64,000 nt of DNA from Psammoneis japonica (lineage: Eukaryota): the NCBI GenBank assembly GCA_008632985.1, contig QPGO01000212.1:1-64000 (forward strand), in the 5' to 3' direction. The first letter of the stretch is position 1. Each line of letters begins with the position of its first letter. Below are positions 47,112 to 58,827 of the stretch, piece after piece. A program made the translations under genes and the position numbers. The notes under the pieces were generated by a model. That model saw nothing but the letters and a program-made list of their open reading frames with translations. It had not been told where the DNA came from and did not search any database.

Positions 47112-50100
47112 CTCTTTGTTTACCACAGCGACACGCGCGAAATTTTTTTTTTTTGCGTGCGTTGAAACGGGGCCACCATCAACAACACAACAAATGGAAC
47201 GTCGCGGTTCCGAGTCATTACAACAGATAGCACCCCAACACCATACGGGGTGATCGTTAACACGGTAAGGTGTATTATGATAGCTTGGTTTGGTTTGTTG
47301 TTGCCTTGGCGTTGTTTTTTCACGTCGTATCTTACCTGCTGTCGTATCGGCATTTCTTGCATCACGACAGGCGTGACCGACCGACATTGACAGAAACGGT
47401 GTCGTCGTTTTCGGCATCCTACTGGCAGAATCTGGTGGAATAGTAAACAAATCGGTAAGAATACAACACAATGCTGTTGTTCTGTTGTATCAGAGTGTCC
47501 TTTTTCCCATTCAATATTCCCTCAGCTTACCCTTGCTCTTTTTGCTCTATTTTTTTTTCTTTTCAGTGCGAAACAACCGTCTTTCGCGGTGTTGGTAACA
47601 TGAGCGTCGGCAACATCATGGAGATAATGGACATCTCCATGCTTACGTTCAGTTCCGATGATACATCTATGGAGGACGCTGATTTGGAGTCCGGCGTTGC
47701 TCCCTTGGCCTCTGCTGAACAACCTGATGACGTGCCGGCACCAGCTCGGAGAGCGCCTCGTCAAACAAATTCTGTGGCCCATGATGATTGGATTGCAGGA
47801 CGATGTGTACTTTTTCATGTTGATGTGGAGCATGGAGGGAAGAAGTGTGGTATGCTGCAGCTCTCAGCTGTTGCAGTAGATCCAAATGACAAGTCTACAC
47901 TCGGCGAATTTGACGAGTACATCAAGCCTCCAGAAGGAACCAAGTGGACCGACGAGATGGAGAGGGCCTCCCAGGAGTCGCACAAACTCAAGCTCACTGA
48001 TCCCCGCATAGCCAATGCTGATAAAATAGAATTGGTTTGGCCAAGATTTTGCAAGTTTGTAGAAGATAAGTTGGATGTAGGCTCCAAGGTTGGGATTCTG
48101 GCGGCATGGGGAGGCAAGGGAGGTGATTGCGAGTACATGTTTCGTCTTACTGAAGACACCCATCGCAAAACCTTGTCCATGCCTGAAGGGCTGAAGTACT
48201 TTTATGACCCAAGGAAGACAATTGAGCACTACAAGTCCTGTGCCCTGAATGCCAAGACATCCAAAGTTGTTGGCTACAGCTTGGGAGAAATTTGGTGTCA
48301 TGTGAAGAACAAGGAGGTGCTTCCTGAAGCTCACTCTTCCATTGTTGATGCCAAGGCACAAGCTGATGTGGTGAATGACGATCGCCTCTTCAAATTTGTG
48401 GACAAAGGCAAGGGAATGGAGCTTCTGTCTGATGTTTGGGCTGCCAAGAGAAAGAAGAGAGAGCTGCTGGATTCCGAGCTTGAAAGGCCTGTTCCACCTG
48501 GGTGGGAGAATGAGGGGTCCTCTAATTGGGAACCTGGATGGTCTGGATCTTATGCAGGCCCTGGTGGAGGGGGTGTTTGTGGCCCATCATGGGCTGTGAA
48601 GCAAGCCTGCAAGTCTCTTGTTGACTTGTTTCTCTTCTTTGTCACGGTTGACGACTTAGAGGAGGTTGCCAAGGAGACCAACTTTCATGCCAACGAAGAG
48701 TGGGTCAGGCCTGTGACTGAGCAAGAGTGGCAACAAATTAAAGATCAGAATGAGCAAGATGAGGAGCATGGGCATGCAACCAACTGTGAGATTGTGGCTG
48801 ATTGTGATCAGTTGGAGCTGGATTTTGATTTGATGGAGCAAGGCAGCCGGGGCTTTTTCATGGACGATGGAGACTCCCTCTTTGGTGGATCAATTTTTGA
48901 CCCTGACAAGTGCAGCAGCAGCAGCAGCGCCTCTGAATCCAGTGACCAGTCCTCTCACTCCAGTGACGCTGACTCATCGTTTGGGACGCACGGGAGCTTT
49001 TGGACGGTTTCTGATGACGAGAGCTCTGTCTCCTCTTGCGATTCTTCCGACTGGTCTCTTGGCAGCAGCGAAGCCTGCAACTCAGATGATGAGCTTGGGG
49101 ATGAGTTTGAGGAAGAGCCCAAGAGGAGAGCCAGGTTGGTTCCATGTGAGGAGGACCACCCTGACAGCAGGAAGAGACACAAGGACAAAAAAAGCCTTGG
49201 ATCCAAGTCACTCCTGGGTTCCTCCTTGCTTGGTTTGGAGTTTTGTTTGTTCTGGCTGCAATGAAACTCCGGTGGCAAGACCTCCTGTGGATGGAAACTT
49301 ATGACTTGGCAGTGCCATGGATTCAGAACTCCATGTCTCGAAATGCCTTCACCCAGATTCGAAGATTCATCCATTTCGTCGACAACAGAAAGTTGCCAAG
49401 GCACGGCACTTCAAGACGGCACCCATTGCAGAAGATGATCCCATTTGTGAACAAAGTTGGCAAAAGGCTAAGGGCCGGGTGGGTGATTGGAGAGAAGCCC
49501 AACGGTTGATGAGTCCATGATTCTCTACAAGGGAAGGGCTGTAAAGTTTGTTCAACACATGCCCGCTAAACCCATCAAACACGGCATAAAAGTGTGGGCA
49601 TTGTGCTGCGCAGAAACCGGATATCTGTGTGCATTTTATGTCTACACTGGCAAGGACAATGATGATGCATCGCCACTCGAAGTTGTTTCAAGGTTGTTGG
49701 CTATGGACCCCGAACTGGTGTTGTCGGGAAAAGGACGCAAGCTGTACACCGACAATTTCTACACATCGGAACAGCTCATGAAACTGGTGTATGACACGTA
49801 TGGCATGTTGGTGGTGGGCACCGTGAAGATGACGAAAAAGAAGTCACGAACAGCAACCGACTTCCCCTTCCACAAACTGTCATCCGGAGCATTGTCCAAG
49901 GTGCCTCGTGGGTGGTTACGCTGGGCTCAGAAGACTGTGCAAGGAGACAAGAGCAATTCGGCTGGGTTTGTAGTACAGGCAACAACTTGGAAAGACAGAA
50001 AACAGGTTGGCGTGTTGCACAACCACATGGTGGGCGCACCTGGGGATCACAAAATGTTGCGGTGGGACAACAACGAGCACAGCCGAGTTCCAGTCTCATC

Positions 50101-51663
50101 CCATGCGGTCATCCCCGACTGTGTCAAGTTCATGCCTGCTGTCGACAGGGAAGACAGGGAGACTGCTGACTGGTCTGTCAGCTTGAAGGGAAACAGATGC
50201 TGCCTCTGCATCATGAGCTGCTGCATGGACGGGGCAGCTCACGCAATGAAAGTGACAACAAAGAAGCTCTCAACAGTGGGACACCCCTCTGAAAAACATG
50301 CCAAGACCACACGATGGAAGTTCAAGTGGGTGATGGATCTGGGAATGCAGTGCATCAACAAAGGCATTGGCATGGATTGGACAAACATTGACAACCCCAC
50401 CACAAAGCCAAAATGGGTCAGACAGAAGCCGTGTGCACCTTGTGGCTGTGGAGAATGCTTTTTCTGCAAGCACGGCCTCACGCATGGAAAGACTCATCGG
50501 CCAAAGAAAGGGAGAAAGAGACTTGTACGGGAAGAAGATATTGTGCACGACAAGAAAGCAATCAAGATACTGAACCATAGCAAAGACTGCATTGATTGCA
50601 TAAGGAAGGCCAGATTGACGATGCCAGATGCCGATTACGCTACCTTGAGAAAAGGAAGTCGTACATCTTTGTACGGCTGTAGGAAATGTGGTGAAGCAAT
50701 TTGCAAAGTGTGCTGGCCAGATTACGATCACCTAGGTCATATCAGGAACAGGTAGGCATTACATAAAACTTAGTGAGTGACAAAAACATAACTTGCTTAG
50801 ATGCCACAACATGACACAAGCTTACCTGCACCTATCTCTTTGAAGATGCCGGTGGAAAACCTCATGCACAATACCCATTGCCCAGTGTTCTTTCCAACTG
50901 ATGAATGATTGCTTTGTTGGTGTGTGTGCCCTCACCATTCCTTTAGCATCGGCACCGGTGCCTCAATCCGAGAAAAAAGTAACACTGTGATGCTACCAAA
51001 AATCCGAGAAAAAAGTAATGCTGTGATGCTACCACGGCACAATGGTATGCTCTCAATGAAATTCTTGGTGTGCGTACCCTCACCATTCCTTTGGCATCGG
51101 CCCCGGTGCCTCAATCCGGGAAAAACGTAATGCTGTGATGCTGCCACGGCATAACGGTATACTCTCAATGAATTCTGACTCTACAAGCAAACAATAGTAA
51201 GACAGATAATGTGCTCGTGTTAGTAAGTAATGCCAAGGCATTACATGAAATGCATTGAGTAAAAAAGAACAACGCGATAGATAACAATGTAACTTACATT
51301 GACACCTAAACAAAAGCATACTTCTTCTCGTTGGCCCCCCCACATTGGTGATTCATAGCCAGAATATTATCTGCAACAGCAGCAACAATAGCAACCTTAT
51401 GCATGTGAGCCAATTGCCGCAGAACAAACAGCAGCAACGACAGTAAGCATAAATATGAAATAAGAAATGGCGTTGGAAAGGGTGGAAATCACCCGCAATG
51501 GTTGTTCTGCCTCAACGGCGAAGAAATAACATCTATGCGGCTCTGTCGGGGTGCAGCGCCGATGATGTGATGGTGGGTTGTTGGCGATAGGTCGAGGGAA
51601 AAAAAACGGCCTCCGCGCACCGCGCAAAAAAATCCGCAGTAATCCGTTGTGGCAAACAAAGAG
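47112..51663 (+). mobile_element. piggyBac DNA transposon, full length
   Basis: TTAA at 47108-47111 and 51664-51667. TIRs ctctttgtttaccacagcg and (reverse complement) ctctttgtttgccacaacg. Internal transposase, with subterminal tandem repeats at ~50.9-51.2 kb. Confidence 0.95.
47600..50755 (+). pseudogene. piggyBac transposase with N-terminal DEDDh exonuclease domain; two frameshifts (~49190, ~49490)
   Basis: Transposase motifs LFLFF, MSRNAFTQIRRFIHF, VDESM, KPIKHGIK, YTDNFYTS, WKDRK, AVDREDR and a Cys-rich tail. N-terminal HVDVEH...GGD...AHSSIVDA. Confidence 0.88.
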
Positions 51664-52810
51664 TTAAGATGTGAAAGAACAAGGCACAGCTTGCCACGTT
51701 GATCGCGCACCTGACAAATGGAACATCCTGTCACCTTGTGTCAAAAAGATGTCATTTGGGTCAAACGCTGAGCTCAGTGGGCATTTGGGTGCACCTTAAC
51801 GCCACAGACAGGGCTTTCAAAGCATGGTGAAAAGCCCAGTTGGAAGGATTCGTGCAGTCAGAAATCATGCCGACCACAAAAGAGCTGGAAAAAGCTTCAT
51901 CCGCTGTTCGTTTTGAGCACCACTTAGAGCAATCCAATGGATTGGACCTTGGTGATTGCGTGTCTGTGACGAGATGATGAGATTTCACAAACACATGCGT
52001 TCGTGTTGTCGCCGCCGCAGCGACACTCTCCAGTGAATCATTCCACAACAACGTGCAAGAGCCAATGCGATGATGTCTGCCACAAACCCAATGACAAACA
52101 AAATTGCTCCCAAAAATGCAGCATTTGACTCGAGTGCTGGTCTAGTCTCCTGCGTGAAACGTCGGCTTGGCGCGGACGCGAAGCGACAGCTGCTTGCTCT
52201 CCACGTTGCTCGTGTTTTCGTTTTCGATTCTTTTTGGGATTTCCATTTGCGCCAATGTTTCCTTTTTGGTTTTTTACAAGATCTTTCCCCTTTTGTCCCA
52301 AGTGAGGACTGTGGCGACAGATTGCTCTGCCGGACATCCTTTTGCATGCTCACTGTGAGTCACTCGCTTTTTCCATGCGGCGCATGTCCGCCCATTTGTT
52401 TTGTTGTTGTGAATTTGTCACACGGAAACATTTGTTAAATCTGCTGTAAGAATCAATCCAATCATAGAAACAACTGCTCCAGGACTGTGCTGCACAAGTG
52501 AAGTGCAGCGGCCCAGCCCTTTGTTGTGGTTGTCATCGCTTCCTTCTTCCTTCGGCACAACATGAAAAGATTTTCGAAATTCCGGAGCTCGTCGTCGGCA
52601 TCATGCCGGCTTTTTTGCGTTTTGGACCGTTGCCGTAGAGCCACGTAGGAATTAGTAATAATTTGGAAAGCATCAGTGCCCACCAACTTTCTACATACGA
52701 AATCATGGTAATAGTTCTACGAAGATACACAAAAATTACAGTGATTGACAAATTTAGCAACGGTCACGACTCAAAATCTCTGAGAATCCGCGCTCGTTTT
52801 TCGCTCACAA

Positions 52811-53105
52811 CTCGTCGTCTCGCACCATGTGCTTGTTGTTTGCCAAGCCGGAATGCCGTTATCGCCAAGGATGGCTCGCCCTTCCTCTGGCTTGAGACCT
52901 TGCATTTGTTTGGCATTCCACAACTCATTTTGCTTGATGGTGTGTTGTCTCTCTTTTTCGACTCGTCGTCTCGCACGATGTGCTTGTTGTTTGCCAAGCC
53001 TGAATGCCGGAATCGCCAAGGATGGATCGCCCTTCCTCTGGGTGATAGAGACCTTGCTCTCATTTGGCATTCCACAACTCATTTAGCTTGATGGCGTGTT
53101 GTCTC
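52811..53105 (+). repeat. Tandem duplication (~145 bp x2)
   Basis: ctcgtcgtctcgcac...gcttgatgg(t/c)gtgttgtctc at 52811-52951 and 52961-53105. Confidence 0.8.
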
Positions 53106-54043
53106 AAATGGCAGCGTAGGTGTTGCCAGTTAAGTCCGGAGGTCGGGGCAAATCGAATGCGTGTCTCCGGCCTGGAGTCCATGTTACTCCTGTGTCTTTG
53201 ACCGTAGGAAGTTGCCTGTTCGCTTGACCCGTCAGGTCACGGCTGTTGAAACAGACAGCAGCATTCGCCTGTGAAGCAGCAAAAGCTCGCCAAGCAGATC
53301 ACACCGTTGACGGAACGCGGGGTTTGGGGTTCCGTCGTATCAGTGACGTGGTGCGGTAAGTCTTCACTCGTAGGGAGTGTTGATTTAGCACGCGGTTGAC
53401 TCGCAAGTTTCTCTTGCTGTCTCCGTAGTACGTCCCCCCTTTTTCATTTTTTGGGATGGTTTTCCACCCCAAAAATAGGAAAAAGCTTGAGCTCCATCAT
53501 TTGATGGTGCTCTTGAGGCAATGTTATCCTACGCGACCAATTTCTATCAACTTTTGATGTTGGCGTGTTTCAGATATTCGAAACACACTTTGAACTTTTA
53601 CAATAGAGAAGTAGAAAGACTAAAAGTACCAGATAGCAATCTATATTTGCGTGTAATTTATTCCGTGCGCATGTCAATGGACTACGATGGCGGTCGTAGC
53701 ATGTTCTCGTTCTCGGCCCTCGTGCTCCATCGTCACGTCAAACACAAGGATTGTGGCGTACAGTACAGCGTACACCGGAGATTTTCAGTCACGTCGCGCT
53801 TGTGTGCCTTGTAAGATAAGGTGTCACCAGAACGCTTTGTTTCGACAGAGTCTGTCAGAAGTAATTTGTCCGAAGAATGGACAGGTGTATCATCCTCGAT
53901 TGGATAGAGTGGTTGACCGTTCATATAGCAAAACACAACACAACCTAGAAATTAATCGTATGCATCCGAAGCCTTCATTCTACTAAGCATGTAGAGGTGC
54001 CAATCAGGACTCTTAACTCATGAGCGCGTGTGCACCACTGCCC

Positions 54044-55714
54044 CTACTTGGACTCTTGTGGTTTGTCCACCCACCCAATAGACCGGTCAATTGCCTTGCC
54101 CCACGAATGCTTGAGCTCCGTTCGAGTGTCATCCGATATGTCAGAAGAAAAGGTACAGTCGTCTTCCCAAAGTTCCTTGATATCATCTAGCGAGTCCCAG
54201 ACACCGGCTGATAAACCAGCGGCGTAGGCGGCTCCGGCAGCGGTAGTTTCAAGACTACTTGGGCGAAGGACTTTGGCTCCCAAGATATTGGCCAAGAATT
54301 GCACAAATTCAGAGTTGGCGGCCATGCCGCCATCTACACGAAGTTCTGAAACGGGAACTCCCGAGTCAGCGGCCATGGCGTCAAACACCTCGGAGCACTG
54401 AAATGCTGCCGCCTCTATTGCTGCTCTTGCAATATGTGCCTTGGTATGATAGGCGGTGAGTCCAGCAATAATTCCACGTGCACTCTCCTCCCAGTGTGGA
54501 GCCAGTAAGCCAGCAAAGGCGGGGACAAACCGCACCCCGCCAGCGTCATCGACGGAAGATGCCAAATCTGCAATGTCTTTGGCGCTGTCACCGAACTGCA
54601 AGTTATCGCGGAGCCATTGAACAAGCGACCCTGCCATGGCAACAGCACCTTCAAGAGCGTAAACTGGTGGTTCTCCCTTGATTTGGTAAAAGGGAGTCGC
54701 CAGGAGTCCACGTTCTGAAATTTGCGGTTTCTCCTGCGCACCCATATTCATCATGAGAAAGGCTCCAGTTCCGAACGTAGCCTTAGCTTCTCCCACTTGA
54801 AAGCATGCTTGACCAAACATTGCAGCATGTTGGTCACCAAGATTAGCTCCAATGGGTACACCTTCCAACTCTGGGCACGATACTACAGTCCCAAAATTGC
54901 CGCCTACGGAAGGTTCAATGGCTGGCAGCATGGATCTGGGAATATCAAAGGTATCGAGGAGCTCATCGTCCCACTCGAGTGTCGTCAAGTTGCAAAGCAA
55001 AGTCCTCGCCGCATTTGTCACATCTGTCACATGCTTTTCTCCACCCGTGAGCTTGTACAAGAGCCAAGAATCAATTGTTCCAAACAGCGCTTGACCGTCA
55101 CGGGCCTTGCCCTCTAAGCCGTCCACATTGTCAAACATCCAACGCAGCTTGGTCGCCGAAAAGTAGGTAGAAATGGGAAGCCCCGTTTTGGAAAGTAAGG
55201 CATCTTTTCCTCCCAGGCTCTTGCAGTAGTCAGCAACAAGTCCCGCAGTTCGTCCACAATTCCAAACAACAGCCGGACACAGTGGCTCTCCCGAATCCTT
55301 GTCCCACACGACGGTTGTCTCCCTCTGATTGGTAATTCCAATGGACGCGACTGAACTGCTCGTAACGTTTGCTTTAGCGAGTGCATCCGAAATACACCGT
55401 GCAGAATTGTCCCAGATCTCAGAGGCGTCGTGTTCGACCCATCCGGACTGAGGATAATACTGTTTGTGCTCGCTCTGAGAAGAGGAGACGGGCTTGCCAA
55501 ACCTGTCATACAGAATAAAACGCGTTGACGAAGTCCCTTGATCAAGGGATCCGACGTATTGCTCTGACAAGCCAGCGGAGAAAGATCTCTGCCATTTCGA
55601 GCCAAACACTCCAAGATCCCTACCATTGATGAGAGCACGAGCAGCAAGCCGATTCGACCCACGAGAAGTCGGGGCGACAAAAAGAGTGTCAGCCAAGAAG
55701 AAGGCGGATCGCAT
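54044..55714 (-). CDS. glpK: Glycerol kinase with N-terminal extension (possible organellar presequence)
   Basis: LDQGTSSTR, GWVEHD, GITNQRETTVVW, YFSATK, GTIDSWL, TDVTNAART, GDQHAA, FVPAFAGLLAPHW, LRVDGG and ETTAAGAA. Intact; first ATG at 55714. Confidence 0.96.
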   Translation of the reverse strand: MRSAFFLADTLFVAPTSRGSNRLAARALINGRDLGVFGSKWQRSFSAGLSEQYVGSLDQGTSSTRFILYDRFGKPVSSSQSEHKQYYPQSGWVEHDASEIWDNSARCISDALAKANVTSSSVASIGITNQRETTVVWDKDSGEPLCPAVVWNCGRTAGLVADYCKSLGGKDALLSKTGLPISTYFSATKLRWMFDNVDGLEGKARDGQALFGTIDSWLLYKLTGGEKHVTDVTNAARTLLCNLTTLEWDDELLDTFDIPRSMLPAIEPSVGGNFGTVVSCPELEGVPIGANLGDQHAAMFGQACFQVGEAKATFGTGAFLMMNMGAQEKPQISERGLLATPFYQIKGEPPVYALEGAVAMAGSLVQWLRDNLQFGDSAKDIADLASSVDDAGGVRFVPAFAGLLAPHWEESARGIIAGLTAYHTKAHIARAAIEAAAFQCSEVFDAMAADSGVPVSELRVDGGMAANSEFVQFLANILGAKVLRPSSLETTAAGAAYAAGLSAGVWDSLDDIKELWEDDCTFSSDISDDTRTELKHSWGKAIDRSIGWVDKPQESK

Positions 55715-56439
55715 ACTGGAGCCAGCGTTATGCACTTTGTAAAACACTGTATGGTAATACGGTATTACAGAAGTGTTATGAACAGCAGCAAAGACACAGC
55801 AAATTAGCGTCACTCCCGACACAATAACACAAACAACACGCAATAAAAGCAACACGACGCTGGATCGCGAATCGCCAAAAAATGAGACGGAATCTTTGAA
55901 TCCTTCGACTGCTACCGGTAGTAGAGACTACTGTACTCCTCCCTCTACCGGTGCTCTATGGTAGAGAACGCGGCGCTCTCTCTATCTAGAGTAGCTACTC
56001 TATCTACTAGCTAAGAGTAGAGTAGAGCTGAAGGTAGCAGGCAGGCCTCTCTCTAGCAGAGAGCACCCAGCTAGAGCATGCCCTCCAAGTGATTGCGCAA
56101 ACTGCTCTGGAGCAGAGGCGAAACAAAGTCCAGCGATTTGGTGAGAATGCTGGGTGAATGTGGTGTAGATTCCAGTCAGTTAGTTCCAATTGTTTGGAGA
56201 GATTGAGAGAGAACTGAGAAGAGTTTTTGATGAGTCTACAAACAAGAGTTCGTCTCGGCTCTCCGTCACCACCGCCAATCAACAAAGAGTGTGTTTGATC
56301 CAACCAACCGTTGGCACGAAAGGATGAAGTTTTGCAACAAGAAACAATGATGCGCACTCAGCGACGTTGTGCAGCACAGCAGAGACAACGTCTCATGTGG
56401 GCTCAAATCCCAGAAGAGGCGGGTTTCCACATCACACTG

Positions 56440-57100
56440 ATCACCATCTTTTAGAGTCACTGCCTCCCAAAACTTCCTGTGACACATCATGTGATGCACT
56501 CGATTCAGTCAAAGAGTTCAGTGTGTCTTGACTGCGGCTGTTGCTGCCAGCAGACGTCGGGACCCCAGTCACGTGGACACCTCCTGTGCCGTTGCCTCTT
56601 GTTCTTGAGGACTGGGATTCTTCAACAAAATGGTGGTTGTGCACCTTGGGGCCAATGATCAAGCACACACTTGACACGGCAAACACCCAGATGAGCAAAA
56701 CACACACGACACACCTTGCCTCTGACGATTGCGAACACATGTGGCATCGACACGAAGAGAACCTGGAGATGCAACACAGTCAAAGAAAAAATCCAAGAGG
56801 ACTCTGAACACTTGCTCTCCACATCTTTTGTTTTCCACGCCATGTGTGCCATGAGGACAGTGGGGATGGCAACAAGAATCAAGAGGGGAATCGTCATTCC
56901 TGGCATTTTCTCGCGGGTGTCGCACTGGCCAATCGACTCCCCTGTGAAGTCATCCACACAATGGCGATCCCAGTCCAAACCACCCATGGCAGTCCACACT
57001 GACAGCAAGATGACAGTTGACAACACGACTGCAATGGAGGGCCAAACAACATGCTTGTCTTGTGCTCGGGTCCTTCGAAACTGAAGTGCCTTGTTTGCAC
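56440..57100 (-). pseudogene. Class C (GABA-B-like) GPCR 7TM C-terminal remnant
   Basis: TM helices with AWKTKDVESKCSESSWIF and LIIGPK motifs; frameshifted and TpA-depleted. Confidence 0.65.
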
Positions 57101-57317
57101 GCCAGAGCTGGGCTGTTGGAAATGGTGAATTAAAAGTTCAAACACCGAAATTAGATGGCGTGAAGAAGACGCACGTGTCAGCGCTCATGTGCTCCACGTG
57201 AAGCAAGAAAACAGCCGATGGAAGCAGTCATTGTTCTCTTTTGGCTGTTGTAATTTATCCTTCTGGTGACCATTCCAGAGTCACCTCAGTCCTCCAAGGT
57301 CTGATCCTGAGGCTAAA

Positions 57318-58776
57318 GAGAGATGGACGAATCAAGTCAAGGTTGTGTGCAAACGGAAGCACGCAACGAGAGCACATGGACCGAGATGAAACCGCCAGTC
57401 TGACAGCACCCACAGAATCTGCTCTCATTGCAGGAGTGATTGATGCCAAGCAAGGCAGAGACGTCATGACAGCGGACATCTCGAGCGCATTTGTGCAAAC
57501 GGACATCGAGGTCAAGGATGAAAAGATCATCATGAAGATCCGTGGAAGGATGGTGGACATGTTGCTGGAATTGGGTCCAGACACTTGCCAGGACTGCATC
57601 GTGTGCGAAGGCAAACATGAGGTTCTCTGTGTTGAAATGTTGAAGGCACTTTGCGGAATGCTGGTGTCCTCCATTCTTCACCACAAGAAGCTCCGCAGAG
57701 ACATCGAAGGAATTGGGTTTGAGATCAATCCTTGTGATCCATGTGTCGCCAACCACACTGTGAATGGAAAACATCACACGGTGACATGGCATGTGGACGA
57801 TTTAAAGTCCAGTCACGTTGACAGCAAGGTCAACAATGAATTCAAGATTTGGTTGGACAAAACTCACACGGATGAGATCGGAAAGGTCAAAGTCACGCGT
57901 GGAAAGAGGCGCGACTGTCCAGCCATGACTCTAGATTGCTCCATTCCAGGAGCACTGCAAGTTGACATGGTGCTTTGTGTGCAAGGAATGGCCAAGGAGT
58001 TCTTCAAGGAATTCCCAGAAGAATTGTCGGGTGACGTGGATTGCCCGTGGAGCGAGAAGCTCAACAAGGTGGATGAGACAGCCAAGAAATTAGATCTCAA
58101 GCGTGCTCGAGCATTTTGCACTTTTGTGATGAAGGGCATGTTTGTGTGCAAGAGAGCCAGACAGGACATTCAGCTTGGCACTGCTTTTCTCTCCACCAGG
58201 GTCAAGGATCTGAACGAATCGGATTGGCCAAAGCTGGCGAGGCTCATGAATTTCCTCAGGACCCAGCTTGATGTCGCAGTCATGTCGGCTGGAGACAAAG
58301 TCATCATCGAGTGGCACACGGGTGCCGCATTCGCAGTCCATCCGGACCACAAAAGTCACACAGGTTCTGCCATGACCCTTGGAAAAGGTGTCATTACATC
58401 AGTCAGTGCGAAGCAGAAGATCAACACCAGGAGTTCTACAGAAGCAGAGATCGTCGCAGGAGACGATGTTTTGGCAAAGGTCCTTTGGACCAAGCGTTTC
58501 ATTGAAGCTCAAGGTTTTGAAGTCGAGCGTAACATCATGCATCGAGACAACCAAAGTTGCATGAAACTAGAACAAAACGGAAAGGCCAGCTCGGGCAAAT
58601 GCACGAGACATTTCAACATCAAGTGTTTTCACATCACTGACCTCATCAAGCGAGGAGAACTCGAGATTGAGTTCTGCCCAACAGACAAGATGATGGCAGA
58701 TTACATGACCAAACCAGTGGTTGGTAAAAAGTTCATTGTTGATCGTCAAGCCATCATGAACATCCAAAGTGCCTAA
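57318..58776 (+). pseudogene. Copia RT + RNase H (5'-truncated, open frame)
   Basis: KRDGRIKSRLCANG, ADISSAF, KALCGML, WHVDDLKSSH, HPDHKSHTG, SSTEAE, DNQS and ADYMTKP. Confidence 0.92.
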
Positions 58777-58827
58777 GATGGTCAAATTTGGAAATGGCAA
58801 GAATCTTGTCATTGGCCAGCAGGAGTG

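Larger units (their letters stand above)
46400..52400 (-). pseudogene. Leucine-rich-repeat membrane protein pseudogene split by the piggyBac insertion
   Basis: LRR units (LAGNNFAGTVP, LSNNQFHSSLP, LDGNQFESTIP, YNNNLSRDIP) and a C-terminal ADC...ECDCCHECC at 46.4-47.1 kb. A TM-like segment FLGAILFVIGFVADIIALAL at ~52.1 kb is tentatively the N-terminal part. Confidence 0.65.

Noticed and set aside
50905..51180. Repeats resembling a CRISPR-like array
   Set aside because: Irregular tandem duplications inside the piggyBac subterminal region, with no repeat-spacer periodicity and in a eukaryotic context.
57780..57812. WHVDD in the Copia RT as an example of Tyr-to-His mutation
   Set aside because: To my knowledge WHVDD is native in this diatom Copia lineage, so it was not used as evidence.
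1057..58776. Alternative genetic code or RNA editing restoring Tyr
   Set aside because: Host genes use TAY normally, and repeat copies differ from each other at these sites, so the changes are DNA mutations.
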